From positions 32,376-96,375 of the forward strand of contig JBDKER010000003.1 of the NCBI GenBank assembly GCA_039795165.1: DNA of 64,000 bases, written 5' to 3'. The stretch's first letter is position 1; each line of letters opens with the position of its first letter. Below are positions 9,535-19,913 of this stretch, in pieces. The notes beneath the pieces were generated by a model. That model was not told the DNA's origin. It worked only from the letters and a program-made list of their open reading frames with translations, and searched no databases. This DNA is from Verrucomicrobiota bacterium (GTDB lineage: Bacteria; Verrucomicrobiota; Verrucomicrobiia; Verrucomicrobiales; V1-33). Position numbers and translations under genes: made by a program.

Positions 9535-11304
9535 TCAGTCGGCCACCAGTTCCGGATAGAACTGGACGGCGGTATCGCGGCAGAGGGCCATGACGTGGGC
9601 GGCATCGCGGCAGCGCAGGGCTTCGGTGAGCAGCTGGCGGCAGTGAGCGGCCGGGAGCCTGCGGACCGCGAATTTCACCTGCGGGAGCTGCACGGCCGCC
9701 ATGCTCAGTTCCCGGAAGCCGAGGCCGATCATGAGTGGTGTCGTGAGGATTTCCCCGGCCATTTCGCCGCAGACACCGGTCCAGATGCCGGCGCGGCGCG
9801 ATGCCTCCGCGACCATCTGGAGGAGCCGCAGAATGCCCGGGTGGAATGGCTGGTAGAGGCTGGCGACCAATTCATTGCCGCGGTCCACGGCGATGGTGTA
9901 CTGGATGAGGTCGTTGGTGCCGATGCTGAAGAAATCGACTTCAGGGGCGAGCACGTCCGCGATGAGGGCAGCGCTCGGAATTTCAATCATGGCACCGACT
10001 TCGAGGGTGGGATCGAACGGGATGCCTTCGCTGCGGAGTTCGTCCATGCATTCGGCGAGCACGCTGCGGGCTGCTCGCAGTTCCTCGAGGCAGGAAATCA
10101 TCGGGAAGAGGACACGGACGCGGCCGGCCGTGGATGCCCTTAGAATTGCCCGCAGCTGGGTCCGGAAAAGTTCACGGCGGGAGAGCGAGACTCGGATGCC
10201 CCGCCAGCCGAGGAAGGGGTTGGATTCTTCGAGTCCGTTGTGGAGGTGGTGGAGCTTGTCGCCACCGATGTCGAGGGTCCGGATGATGACGCCTTCGGGT
10301 CCGCAGCCTGCAGCCACCCGGGCGTAGTTGGCGGCTTGTTCGTCTTCGCTGGGAAGGTCGTGCCTTCCGATGTAGAAGAATTCCGTGCGGTAGAGCCCGA
10401 CGCCCTGGGCTCCGTGCCGGGCCATGGCGGGCACTTCGTTTTCGAATTCGATGTTGGCGGAGAGCACGACGCTCTGACCGTCCGGCGTTTCGGCCGGCAG
10501 GTCGATCATTTCGTGAAGGTGCCGGTCGAGGGCGGCCTTGCGGCGGCGGACGACTTCGTAGTTCTGGAGGGTTTCCTCGGTGGGATTGACGATGAGGAGG
10601 CCGCGGTAGCCATCGAGGAGGGCGGGTTGCCCGTTGTGAAAGCGGGCGGTTATGTCCGGGAGACCGACGACGGCGGGAATGGCCATGGAGCGGGCCATGA
10701 TGGTGCTGTGGCTCGTGTGGCTTCCGGATTCCGAGGCGAAGCCGAGGACGCGGGTGCGGTCCATCCGGGCGGTGTCGCTTGGCGAGATGTCCAGAGCGAG
10801 GAGAATGTGCGGGTGGTCATGTGCCGCGGCTTCTTCATGGCCGCGCAGGACGCGGACGACGCGGCGGGCGACGTCCTCGATGTCGGCCACGCGTTCCCGC
10901 AGGTATTCATCGTCCATGCGCCGCATGCCTTCCATGTATCGGTTCATGACGCGGTAGAAGGCACCTTCCGCCTTCTGAGGCTGGGAGCGCATGATGCGTT
11001 CCACTTCCTCGATGAGAGAACGGTCCTCCAGCATGAGCTGGTGGGCATCGAAGATGAAGGCATCGTCCGTGCCCGCTTCCGCGGCGACGCGGTCGCGCAG
11101 GGCCGCCAGCTGCCGTTTCGTTTCCGCGAGGGCGGCGTGGAAGCGATCCAGCTGGGCCGGGAGTTCCGCGGCATCGACCGGCTCTGTGCCGGGAATGTCG
11201 AAGACATCCGTGGAGAGGCAGACGGGACCGAGCGCGATGCCCGGGGACACGCCGATGCCGACGAGGACGACCTCGCGGATCTGATCGTGGCTGGAGGAGG
11301 GCAT
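9535..11304 (-). CDS. ptsI: Phosphoenolpyruvate-protein phosphotransferase (PTS enzyme I)
   Basis: GIGVSPGIA, TSH phospho-His site, GVGLYRTEF, RTLDIGGDK, NPFLGWRGIR, FFSIGTNDLIQY, GVCGE. Confidence 0.93.
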   Translation of the reverse strand: MPSSSHDQIREVVLVGIGVSPGIALGPVCLSTDVFDIPGTEPVDAAELPAQLDRFHAALAETKRQLAALRDRVAAEAGTDDAFIFDAHQLMLEDRSLIEEVERIMRSQPQKAEGAFYRVMNRYMEGMRRMDDEYLRERVADIEDVARRVVRVLRGHEEAAAHDHPHILLALDISPSDTARMDRTRVLGFASESGSHTSHSTIMARSMAIPAVVGLPDITARFHNGQPALLDGYRGLLIVNPTEETLQNYEVVRRRKAALDRHLHEMIDLPAETPDGQSVVLSANIEFENEVPAMARHGAQGVGLYRTEFFYIGRHDLPSEDEQAANYARVAAGCGPEGVIIRTLDIGGDKLHHLHNGLEESNPFLGWRGIRVSLSRRELFRTQLRAILRASTAGRVRVLFPMISCLEELRAARSVLAECMDELRSEGIPFDPTLEVGAMIEIPSAALIADVLAPEVDFFSIGTNDLIQYTIAVDRGNELVASLYQPFHPGILRLLQMVAEASRRAGIWTGVCGEMAGEILTTPLMIGLGFRELSMAAVQLPQVKFAVRRLPAAHCRQLLTEALRCRDAAHVMALCRDTAVQFYPELVAD

Positions 11305-11470
11305 GGTGGGGGGATGGAAGCGGAGTGGAGGGCGGCTGAATGGGAAGTTAAACGCGGATCCTCCGGACGGCGCAACCGTTCGGTTCCCCGCTCCGTCTGC
11401 GGATTTCCACAGGAGAAAAACCGTGTCTTTCATGGCAGACGGTGTCAGGCTTTGCTACAGAGCCGCCCCG

Positions 11471-12676
11471 ATGAGCGACCCGAATTCCTCAGCCCACCCA
11501 ATCTGGAGCGAACTGCCGCCTGCGGCCGAGGCCATGGCGGTCCTGCGCAGTCTGAGCGGCGGGGAAGCTTCGCATCTGGTCTTTGCTCCCGGGCGGGTCA
11601 ATCTGATCGGCGAACACACGGACTATAATGGGGGGTTTGTGCTGCCGATGGCGATTGACCGCGGTGTCTTCATGGCGGCGCGGCCGCTGGCGGAGCCGGT
11701 GGTCAGGCTCTGGAGCACGTCGTTCCCGGGCGAGTGCGCCGAGTTCCGTCTCGATGGGGGGCTTTCGCCGGGTGAGCCTGCCTGGAGCAACTATGTGCGG
11801 GGCGTGCTGGCCGGGCTGGTCCGGGAAGGTTTTGCGCTGCCTGGATGCGAGGCCGTCATTCATGCAGACCTGCCGGGTGGTGGTGGGTTGAGCAGCAGTG
11901 CTGCGCTGGAAGTGGCTACAGCCACGCTTGGCGAAGCCTTGGCGGGCCGGCAGCTCGACCCTGCCGCCAAGGCGCTGCTCTGCCAGCGTGCGGAGCATGA
12001 CTTTGCGGGCGTGCCATGCGGCATCATGGATCAGTTTGCCGTCGTCATGGGGCGGGCCGGTCATCTTCTGCTCATCGACTGCCAGTCACAGCAGACGAGG
12101 CACGTTCCGATGCCGGGGCGCGACACGGCATTTCTCGTGATCAATACGATGGTGCGGCATGAATTGAGCGATGGCGGCTATCGTGCGCGGCGGGACGATT
12201 GTTTCGAAGCTGCCCGGATCATGGGACTTCCTGATCTGCGGCATGCGTCGCCGGAAATCCTCGCAGCACACTGTCGGCAATTGCCCGAGCGGCTCTTCCG
12301 CCGTGCCCGGCACGTCATTTCCGAGAATGCCCGCACCCTTGCGGCGGTTGATGCGCTTGCGCGGTCGGCTTGGCCGGAACTGGGGCGGCTCATGGTGGCA
12401 AGTCACGGATCGCTGCGGGACGATTTCGAGGTCAGTTGTCCGGAACTTGATGCGGTGGTCCATGCGGCGGAGCGCATTGGGCTGGCGGGTGGTGTCTATG
12501 GCTGCCGGATGACGGGCGGAGGTTTCGGGGGCTGCTGTGTCGCTCTGGTGGCGGCCGCGCAGGCGGATGCCACCGCGGAAAGGATCGCAGAGGATTACCT
12601 CGGAAGCACGGGAATCCAGCCGGTTCTCTTCATCACGAAGCCGTCGGATGGTCCGCGGATTCTTCTCCAGCCCTGA
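11471..12676 (+). CDS. galK: Galactokinase
   Basis: APGRVNLIGEHTDYN, GLSSSAA, CGIMDQ, RMTGGGFGGC. Confidence 0.95.
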   Translation: MSDPNSSAHPIWSELPPAAEAMAVLRSLSGGEASHLVFAPGRVNLIGEHTDYNGGFVLPMAIDRGVFMAARPLAEPVVRLWSTSFPGECAEFRLDGGLSPGEPAWSNYVRGVLAGLVREGFALPGCEAVIHADLPGGGGLSSSAALEVATATLGEALAGRQLDPAAKALLCQRAEHDFAGVPCGIMDQFAVVMGRAGHLLLIDCQSQQTRHVPMPGRDTAFLVINTMVRHELSDGGYRARRDDCFEAARIMGLPDLRHASPEILAAHCRQLPERLFRRARHVISENARTLAAVDALARSAWPELGRLMVASHGSLRDDFEVSCPELDAVVHAAERIGLAGGVYGCRMTGGGFGGCCVALVAAAQADATAERIAEDYLGSTGIQPVLFITKPSDGPRILLQP

Positions 12677-12688
12677 TCTGTGCGCACC

Positions 12689-14179
12689 ATGTCCGTTCTG
12701 CTGCAGCTGGATGAAATCGTTAAGCGCTTCGGAGCGTTTACGGCGCTGCGCGGGGTATCCCTGGCGCTGCGCAGCGGGGAGATTCATGCGCTCATGGGAG
12801 AGAATGGAGCCGGCAAGAGCACGCTCATCAAAGTGATCACCGGCGTTCATGCGGCGGATGGTGGCACCATTTCGCTGGGTGGCCGGATGCTGCAGCCGCG
12901 CAGCCCTCGCGATGCCGAAGCGTCTGGTATCAGCACGGTCTTCCAGGAAGTCAATCTGCTCCCTAATCTGACTGTGGCCGAGAACATTGTGATGGGACGG
13001 CAGCCGATGCGCGGTCCCTTCATCCGGCATGGTGAATCCCGACGGCGCGCACGGGCAGCCCTCGCGCGGCTTGGGATGGAAGTCGATGTGCATGCGGTAC
13101 TGGGTTCATTACCCGTGGCTGTTCAGCAGATGACCGCGATTGCCCGCGCTCTCGATCAGGAGGCCCGCGTTCTCATACTCGATGAACCCACCTCCAGTCT
13201 CGATGCCCGGGAGTCGGCGGAACTCTTCGCGGTCATGAAGCGCCTGCGCCGGGAAGGCATGGGCATCATTTTCGTGAGCCACTTTCTCGATCAGATCTAT
13301 GAAGTGTCGGACCGCATTACGGTGCTGCGGGATGGTTCCGGGATCGGCACGTGGGACACGGCGGAGCTTCCGAGGCTGGAACTGGTCGCGCAGATGATTG
13401 GACGGCCGGTTGCCACGCATGAACCGGCGCCCGTGTCTGCCCGTGCCGGGGAACTGCCGGAGTTACTGAGGATTGAGGCACTGGAGCGGCGGGGCTCGGT
13501 GGGCCCCCTCGATTTCTCCATCCCGTCGGGAGCTGTCACTGGTCTGGCGGGCCTGCTTGGAAGCGGCCGGACAGAAACAGCCCGGCTTCTGTTCGGGATT
13601 GATCCGGCGACTGGTGGACGTGTCTGGCTGAAGGGAACTCCCATGTCACTGAAATCGCCGCGCGATGCCATGTCGGCCGGTTTTGCCTTCTGCAGCGAAG
13701 ACCGGAAAGTGGAAGGGATCATTCCGTCGCTCAGCGTGCGTGAGAACATTGTGCTGGCCCTGCAGGCGTCGCGCGGGGCCCTGCGCCGGTTGCCGCAGGC
13801 TGAGCAGGAAGCCCTCGCCGACCGTTTCATCCGGGCCCTCAACATCAAGACGCGCGGTCCGGAGACTCCTATCGGCACGCTGTCCGGAGGCAATCAGCAG
13901 AAGTGCCTGCTGGCCCGCTGGATGGCTGTGCAGCCGAGCCTGCTGATACTCGATGAGCCGACGCGTGGCATTGATGTCGGAGCCAAGGCGGAAATCGAAG
14001 CCCTCTGCGGTGAACTGTGCCGGGCGGGCATGAGCATACTCTTCATTTCCGCGGAACTGGAGGAAGTGGTCCGCAACAGCAACCGGGTGGTGGTGCTGCG
14101 CGACCGCCGGCAGGCTGCTGTCCTCGAGGGAGCCGCCATTTCCGTTCAGACGATCATGGAAACCGTGGCTGCCGCATGA
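12689..14179 (+). CDS. ytfR: Sugar ABC transporter ATP-binding protein (YtfR-like, two NBDs)
   Basis: GENGAGKST, LDEPTSSL, AGLLGSGRTETA, LSGGNQQK, LDEPTRGIDVGAK. Confidence 0.85.
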   Translation: MSVLLQLDEIVKRFGAFTALRGVSLALRSGEIHALMGENGAGKSTLIKVITGVHAADGGTISLGGRMLQPRSPRDAEASGISTVFQEVNLLPNLTVAENIVMGRQPMRGPFIRHGESRRRARAALARLGMEVDVHAVLGSLPVAVQQMTAIARALDQEARVLILDEPTSSLDARESAELFAVMKRLRREGMGIIFVSHFLDQIYEVSDRITVLRDGSGIGTWDTAELPRLELVAQMIGRPVATHEPAPVSARAGELPELLRIEALERRGSVGPLDFSIPSGAVTGLAGLLGSGRTETARLLFGIDPATGGRVWLKGTPMSLKSPRDAMSAGFAFCSEDRKVEGIIPSLSVRENIVLALQASRGALRRLPQAEQEALADRFIRALNIKTRGPETPIGTLSGGNQQKCLLARWMAVQPSLLILDEPTRGIDVGAKAEIEALCGELCRAGMSILFISAELEEVVRNSNRVVVLRDRRQAAVLEGAAISVQTIMETVAAA

Positions 14180-15168
14180 ATCTGTTCCGTTCCACTGTCA
14201 TCTGGCCGCTCGCCGCTCTGGCGGCCCTGCTGCTGTTCAATGCGGCGGCATCGCCGGGATTCTTCCAGCTCGAGTGGAAGGATGGCCGCCTGTTCGGAAC
14301 GCTCGTGGATATTGTCAATCAGAGTGCCCGGGTTCCCATGCTGCTGGCGCTGGGCATGACTCTTGTGATTGCCACGGGGGGTATTGATCTTTCGGTCGGT
14401 TCGCTCATGGCCGTGAGTGGCGCGCTTGCCGCCATGCAGGTCAACCGTGGTGCTCCGCTCGTGTCGGCGGTCGGTCTGGCGCTTCTTGCGACGACGGTCC
14501 TTGGACTGCTCAATGGTGTGCTCGTGGCGAAGGTCCGGCTGCAGCCGATCATTGCCACGCTGGTGACGATGGTGGCGGGCCGCGGACTGGCCATGCTGCT
14601 GACCGGGAGTCAGATGGTGCCGTTCCAGCACAAGGGTCTGCAGTGGCTGGCGAATGGGACGATGCTGGGTCTGCCGGTGCCGGTCCTGCTGGTGCCGCTG
14701 CTGGCGGTGCTCGCGGGTCTCGCGCTGCGCCGCACGGCGGCGGCTCTCTTTGTGGAGGCGACGGGTGACAATGAAACCGCCAGCCGCTTTGCGGGTATCC
14801 GCACGGATTCGGTGCGCATGGCGGTCTACGTTTTCAGTGGCTTCTGCGCTGGGTTGTCCGGCATCCTCGAGGCGTCCAACATCGCTGCCGCGGATCCGGC
14901 GAGAATCGGAGACACGAGGGAACTCGATGCCATTTTTGCGGTCGTAGCCGGCGGTACGGCGCTGGCGGGCGGGCGCTTCAGTCTCGCCGGATCCATCGTG
15001 GGTGCCCTGCTGCTGCAGACGCTGACGCTGACACTCTACAATCAGAATGTGCCTCCGGCAGTGGCTCCGGTTCCCAAGGCGATCGTGATCCTTGCGGTCT
15101 GCCTGCTTCATTCCCCCAGGGTGCGGGCCGCGCTGGCCCGCCGCAACGCCAACGCAGCGAAGGCATGA
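14176..15168 (+). CDS. ytfT: Sugar ABC transporter permease (YtfT-like)
   Basis: DGRLFGTLVDI, GMTLVIATGGIDLSVG, QPIIATL, ELDAI; ATGA overlap with the upstream gene. Confidence 0.85.
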   Translation: MNLFRSTVIWPLAALAALLLFNAAASPGFFQLEWKDGRLFGTLVDIVNQSARVPMLLALGMTLVIATGGIDLSVGSLMAVSGALAAMQVNRGAPLVSAVGLALLATTVLGLLNGVLVAKVRLQPIIATLVTMVAGRGLAMLLTGSQMVPFQHKGLQWLANGTMLGLPVPVLLVPLLAVLAGLALRRTAAALFVEATGDNETASRFAGIRTDSVRMAVYVFSGFCAGLSGILEASNIAAADPARIGDTRELDAIFAVVAGGTALAGGRFSLAGSIVGALLLQTLTLTLYNQNVPPAVAPVPKAIVILAVCLLHSPRVRAALARRNANAAKA

Positions 15169-16133
15169 ACCGGATTCTATCCTCACGGCTCCTTCCGCTT
15201 GCCGCCACGGCCCTCGTGCTGCTGGGCCTGTTTGCGGCGGCCGGCTGGCAGTATGAAAACTTCTTTTCGGCCCGCGTGGTGCTCAATCTCTTCAAGGACC
15301 GGGCGTTTCTCGGCGTCATTGCCATTGGCATGACGTTTGTGATCCTTGGTGGAGGCATTGACCTGTCCGTGGGAGCGGTGATGGCCTTCACGACTGTTTT
15401 CATTGCTTCGCTCATCGGCCGTCATGGCTGGCCTGCTCCGGCGGCCATGGTGGCGGCGCTGGCGGTGGGGGTGGCCTTTGGAACGCTCATGGGATGGATC
15501 ATTCAGTCGTTCCGCATTCCGGCGTTTCTCGTGACGCTGGCGGGCATGTTCTTTGCCCGGGGCATGGCCTTCATGGTCAGTCCCCGTTCGCTCGAGATTG
15601 CGGATCCCTTCTATGCCGACCTTGCGGAGCGGGGCATTCCGCTGGGGCCGGGCCTGCTGCTGACGATGGGACCGTTGCTTTTTGTGCTGCTGCTGGTGAT
15701 TGCGATGGTGGTGGCCCACGGCACAAGGTTCGGACGGCATGTGTACGCCCTTGGAGGGAACGAGGCGAGTGCCACGCTCATGGGTCTGCCGGTCGCGGCG
15801 ACGCGCGTGGCCACCTATGCACTCTGCGGCGGATGTGCGGCCCTTGGCGGAATTATTTCGACGCTCGCACTCAGCAGTGGCGATCCCACCCGCGGCAACG
15901 GACTGGAACTCGATGCCATCGCTGCGGCCGTCATCGGGGGCACGGTGCTCACGGGCGGGAGGGGCTGGCTTCTCGGAACCTTCCTTGGCGTACTCATCCT
16001 CGGGACGATTAAGACGATCCTCGATTTCAACGGAAGCCTTGATCCGGCGTGGCTGCGGATTGCCAGCGGCGGTCTTCTGCTGGCCTTCATTCTTCTCCAG
16101 AAACTGCTCGCCAGCCGCAGTGGCGGAAACTGA
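15165..16133 (+). CDS. yjfF: Sugar ABC transporter permease (YjfF-like)
   Basis: AFLGVIAIGMTFVILGGGIDLSVG, VTLAGMFFARG, LELDAIAA, LDFNGSLDPAW. Confidence 0.85.
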   Translation: MNRILSSRLLPLAATALVLLGLFAAAGWQYENFFSARVVLNLFKDRAFLGVIAIGMTFVILGGGIDLSVGAVMAFTTVFIASLIGRHGWPAPAAMVAALAVGVAFGTLMGWIIQSFRIPAFLVTLAGMFFARGMAFMVSPRSLEIADPFYADLAERGIPLGPGLLLTMGPLLFVLLLVIAMVVAHGTRFGRHVYALGGNEASATLMGLPVAATRVATYALCGGCAALGGIISTLALSSGDPTRGNGLELDAIAAAVIGGTVLTGGRGWLLGTFLGVLILGTIKTILDFNGSLDPAWLRIASGGLLLAFILLQKLLASRSGGN

Positions 16134-16282
16134 AGCCTTCCGGAGCCCATCGTGTCTGCCAGGACAAACTCCAGACCAGTTGCCCGGGATGGTACTTTCT
16201 TGACCGTCGATCCCGATTTTGTAACGATAAACCGACTCCGTTCCGGCGGAAATCCTCTACCCCCATCCCATTCTGCAAACCG

Positions 16283-17254
16283 ATGAAACGACTGAATTTT
16301 CTCATGCTGCTGAGCGCAGCCGCGGTGGTTCCTGCCTGCAAGCCATCTGCGACGGGTGGAAATGCTGCGGCCGGAGGCAGCGGCCGCCTTGTGGTCGGCT
16401 TTTCCCAGATCGGGGCGGACAATCCATGGCGCACGGCGGAAACGGAATCGATCAAGTCGGAAGCCGCCCAACGCGGGATTGAACTGAAGTTTTCCGATGC
16501 CCAGGGCCAGCAGGAAGCCCAGATCAGCGCGATGCGCAGCTTCATTGCCCAGGGAGTCAGCGCCATCATCCTTGCACCGAAGGTCGAGACTGGCTGGGAT
16601 GCCATTCTCAAGGAGGCCCGCGAAGCGAAGATTCCCGTGGTGCTGGTCGACCGCGGTGTTGCCGTGTCGGACGATACGCTGTTCACGACATTGATCGCTT
16701 CCGACTTCGTGGAGGAAGGCCGCATGGCCGGAGAGTGGCTTGCCAAAAAGACCGGAGGCAAGGCAGGCATCATTCAGCTGGAGGGTACTACGGGTTCGGC
16801 TCCCGCCAATGACCGCCGCAAGGGATTCGAGGTCGCCATTGCTGCCCATCCCGAGATGAAAATCCTCGCCAGCCAGACTGGCGACTTCAAGCGGAGTGAC
16901 GGCAAGAATGTCATGGAGGCGCTTCTCAAGGCGCACGGGAACGCCATTACGGCGGTCTATGCCCACAACGACGACATGGCCATTGGAGCCATTCAGGCAC
17001 TTGAAGCGGCCGGCCGTGCCCCGGGCAAGGATGTCACTGTGGTCAGCATCGATGGCATGGGTTTTGCCTTTGAAGCCATCCGGGATGGGAAACTGAACTG
17101 CACAGTGGAATGCAATCCGCTGCTTGGGCCCATGGCGTTCGATGCCATCGCCAAGGCGCTCAAGGGCGAGACGCTTCCGAAGAATCTCGTGCAGGAAGAC
17201 CGGCTTTTTGACGAGACGAATGCGGCGGCGGAACTTCCCAACCGGAAGTACTGA
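16283..17254 (+). CDS. ytfQ: Sugar ABC substrate-binding lipoprotein (YtfQ-like galactofuranose-binding)
   Basis: Lipobox VPAC; VGFSQIGADNPWRTAET, SDFVEEGR, HNDDMAIGAIQA, TVECNPLLGP, C-terminal NRKY. Confidence 0.85.
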   Translation: MKRLNFLMLLSAAAVVPACKPSATGGNAAAGGSGRLVVGFSQIGADNPWRTAETESIKSEAAQRGIELKFSDAQGQQEAQISAMRSFIAQGVSAIILAPKVETGWDAILKEAREAKIPVVLVDRGVAVSDDTLFTTLIASDFVEEGRMAGEWLAKKTGGKAGIIQLEGTTGSAPANDRRKGFEVAIAAHPEMKILASQTGDFKRSDGKNVMEALLKAHGNAITAVYAHNDDMAIGAIQALEAAGRAPGKDVTVVSIDGMGFAFEAIRDGKLNCTVECNPLLGPMAFDAIAKALKGETLPKNLVQEDRLFDETNAAAELPNRKY

Positions 17255-17255
17255 G

Positions 17256-18377
17256 ATGAAATCCTTTCTGCTGCCGGTGCTGTCGGCTCTCGTCCTTGGC
17301 AAAACGGCTGTCTGCGGGGCGGACGCTCCGAGCCGATGGTCCGTGGAACGTGCCAACGCATGGCTGGATCAGCACGGCTGGCTGGCCGGGTGCAACTTCA
17401 CGCCGAGCACGGCCATCAACCAGCTCGAAATGTGGCAGGCGGATACGTTCGATGAGGAAACCATCGACCGCGAGCTGTCCATGGCCGCCGGTCTCGGCTT
17501 CAACAGTGTCCGGGTCTATCTTCACGATCTCGCATGGAAGCAGGATCCCGAGGGTTTCCTTGCGCGCGTCGACCGCTTCCTAGCGATCGCCCACAACCAC
17601 GGCATCGGCGTGCTTTTCACGATCTTCGACAGCTGCTGGCATCCGCTTCCCGCGACTGGCCGCCAGCCGGCTCCCATTCCGCACACGCACAATTCCGGCT
17701 GGGTGCAGAGTCCTGGCACGGACATACTCCAGCATCCGGAAAAGCAGGGATACCTGCGCGACTACGTGACGGCTGTGGTGCGGCGCTTTGCTGACGATCA
17801 CCGGGTGCACGCATGGGACCTGTGGAACGAGCCGGAGAACAGCGACGGCGGCGAACCTGGCCGGCCCGGACTCGAGCCGAAGCAGAAAACGGAATTCGTG
17901 CTGAAACTCCTCCCGCAGGTCTTTGCATGGGCCCGTGCGGCCCAGCCTTCCCAGCCGCTCACCTCGGCTCCGTGGCTGGGTGACTGGTCGGGCGACGACC
18001 GGCTCAGCCCGACCCAGCGCATTCAGCTGGAGAACAGCGATGTCATTTCGTTCCACAACTACGATGCGCTGCCGGAAATGCAGAAGCGCGTGGGCTGGCT
18101 GCGGCGCTTTGGCCGGCCGATTCTCTGCACGGAATTCATGGCGCGTCCCAACGGCAGTACGTTTGATCCTCATCTCGGCTGGATGAAGGAACAGAAGGTC
18201 GCGGCCTACTGCTGGGGCTTCGTAGCTGGAAAAACCCAGACCATCTATCCATGGGATTCATGGAAGAAGAAATACACTGAGGAACCGCCTGTGTGGTTTC
18301 ATGACATCCTCCGCCCGGATGGATCGCCCTTCCGCCCGGCAGAGGCCGATTACATACGCAAAGTCACTGGAAAATGA
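17256..18377 (+). CDS. Secreted glycoside hydrolase family 5 (GH5_13-like)
   Basis: Signal peptide; WSVERANAW, PSTAINQLEMWQ, WDLWNEP (acid/base), ISFHNY, CTEFMAR (nucleophile). Confidence 0.82.
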   Translation: MKSFLLPVLSALVLGKTAVCGADAPSRWSVERANAWLDQHGWLAGCNFTPSTAINQLEMWQADTFDEETIDRELSMAAGLGFNSVRVYLHDLAWKQDPEGFLARVDRFLAIAHNHGIGVLFTIFDSCWHPLPATGRQPAPIPHTHNSGWVQSPGTDILQHPEKQGYLRDYVTAVVRRFADDHRVHAWDLWNEPENSDGGEPGRPGLEPKQKTEFVLKLLPQVFAWARAAQPSQPLTSAPWLGDWSGDDRLSPTQRIQLENSDVISFHNYDALPEMQKRVGWLRRFGRPILCTEFMARPNGSTFDPHLGWMKEQKVAAYCWGFVAGKTQTIYPWDSWKKKYTEEPPVWFHDILRPDGSPFRPAEADYIRKVTGK

Positions 18378-19894
18378 ACGCACTCACCCCGGCGGTGCTG
18401 GCCGCACTTCTCGCGGCAGCCTCCGCAGATGTTCCCTCCTACCGCAATCCCGTGCTCCGCGGCGACTACCCCGATCCCTCGGTGGTGCGCGTCGGAAACG
18501 ATTACTTCGCCACGGCCACCTCGTCGGAATGGGCACCGCATTTTCCCATCCTGCATTCGACCGACCTCGTGAACTGGACGGTCCGCGCGGCGGTTTTTCC
18601 GGAGCCGCCCGCATGGGCATCGGGGAATTTCTGGGCCCCGGAACTCTGTGCGTGGAAGGGACGCTTCTACCTCTATTACACCGCCCGGAAAAAGGATGGT
18701 CCGCTCTCGGTGGCCGTGGCTTCGGCCGACCGTCCGGATGGCCCATGGACCGATCACGGACCGCTGGTCTCCCAGGAGGCCGGATCGATTGATGGCGCGG
18801 CCATTGATGACGAAAACGGCGAGCGCTTCCTCGTCTGGAAGGAAGATGGCAACAGCCGGCAGCTGCCCACCATCCTCTGGGCTCAGCCTTTGGATGAAAC
18901 CGGGACCCGCCTCACAGGAGAACGCCGCGAGATCCTCCGCAACGATGTGAAGTGGGAAGGAGCCGTGGTCGAAGGCCCGTTTCTGCTGAAGCGTGACGGA
19001 TGGTTCCATCTCTTCTATGCCGGCAATTCCTGCTGCGGCAGCCGCGCCGAATACGCCGAAGGGTCTGCCCGCTCGAGGTCACTCCTCGGCCCATGGGAAA
19101 AGAGCCCGCGCAATCCGCTGCTCGCCTCCAACGAGGCCTTCCGCGCCCCCGGCCACGGCAGCATCGTCGACGATCCCTCGGGTCGGTTCTGGCTTCTCTA
19201 TCATGCCTACTCGCAGCCAACCATGGTCTTCACCGGGCGCGAAATGATGCTCGATGAAGTCACCTTCGGCCCGGATGGCTGGCCCGCCATCAATTCCGGC
19301 AGAGGTCCATCGGTGAACGCTCCGGCCCCGCTCGCGATGCCCGGACGCCGTGCCGAATCCACCTTCCGCGACGAATTCCGCTCGCTGCAGCCAGGCTGGC
19401 AATGGCCGATCCACCGCAGACCGCGCTTTGAACCCGCAAGGGAAGATGGAACCAAGGCAGTGCTCGCATCGACCGGAGATCAGCCGGCCATCCTGGGACG
19501 GTCGGTGACTTCGGGCGACCTCCGGGCCACGGCTGTCTTTGGCCGCCCTGCGGACGGCGCCATGACCGGTCTGAGTGCCTGCGGCGACCCCGGCAACATG
19601 GTCACGCTGGAATGCACGGACGACAAGGCGGCGGTCGTGCGCACGGAACACGGAAAGCGCGAAACCCTTTCCTCCGTCGCTCTTCCGGAAGGCGCCACCC
19701 TGCATCTCCAGCTCTCCATTTCCGGCGGCCATCGCCTCCAGTTTGCCGTCAGTCCGGACGGACAGACATGGACTGCGGCCGGCGACGGCGACGGTGGTTT
19801 CCTGCCGCCATGGGACCGCTCGATCCGAACTGCGCTGATCGTGCGCGGAGCCGCCACCGTCCACCGCTTCCAGTCCGAACCCCTCACGCCCTGA
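18374..19894 (+). CDS. Secreted glycoside hydrolase family 43 with C-terminal beta-sandwich
   Basis: NPVLRGDYPDPSV, HSTDLVNW, WAPE, SIDG, EGP, APGHGS. Confidence 0.9.
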   Translation: MNALTPAVLAALLAAASADVPSYRNPVLRGDYPDPSVVRVGNDYFATATSSEWAPHFPILHSTDLVNWTVRAAVFPEPPAWASGNFWAPELCAWKGRFYLYYTARKKDGPLSVAVASADRPDGPWTDHGPLVSQEAGSIDGAAIDDENGERFLVWKEDGNSRQLPTILWAQPLDETGTRLTGERREILRNDVKWEGAVVEGPFLLKRDGWFHLFYAGNSCCGSRAEYAEGSARSRSLLGPWEKSPRNPLLASNEAFRAPGHGSIVDDPSGRFWLLYHAYSQPTMVFTGREMMLDEVTFGPDGWPAINSGRGPSVNAPAPLAMPGRRAESTFRDEFRSLQPGWQWPIHRRPRFEPAREDGTKAVLASTGDQPAILGRSVTSGDLRATAVFGRPADGAMTGLSACGDPGNMVTLECTDDKAAVVRTEHGKRETLSSVALPEGATLHLQLSISGGHRLQFAVSPDGQTWTAAGDGDGGFLPPWDRSIRTALIVRGAATVHRFQSEPLTP

Positions 19895-19913
19895 TCCCAT
19901 TCATTTCCTTCTC

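Noticed and set aside
16199-16230. Internal sigma70 promoter before ytfQ (TTGACC...)
   Set aside because: The -10 match is too weak to support.
17256-18377. Calling the GH5 a xylanase or cellulase
   Set aside because: Motifs and the galK/ytf context fit a furanosidase-type subfamily better; specificity cannot be fixed from sequence.
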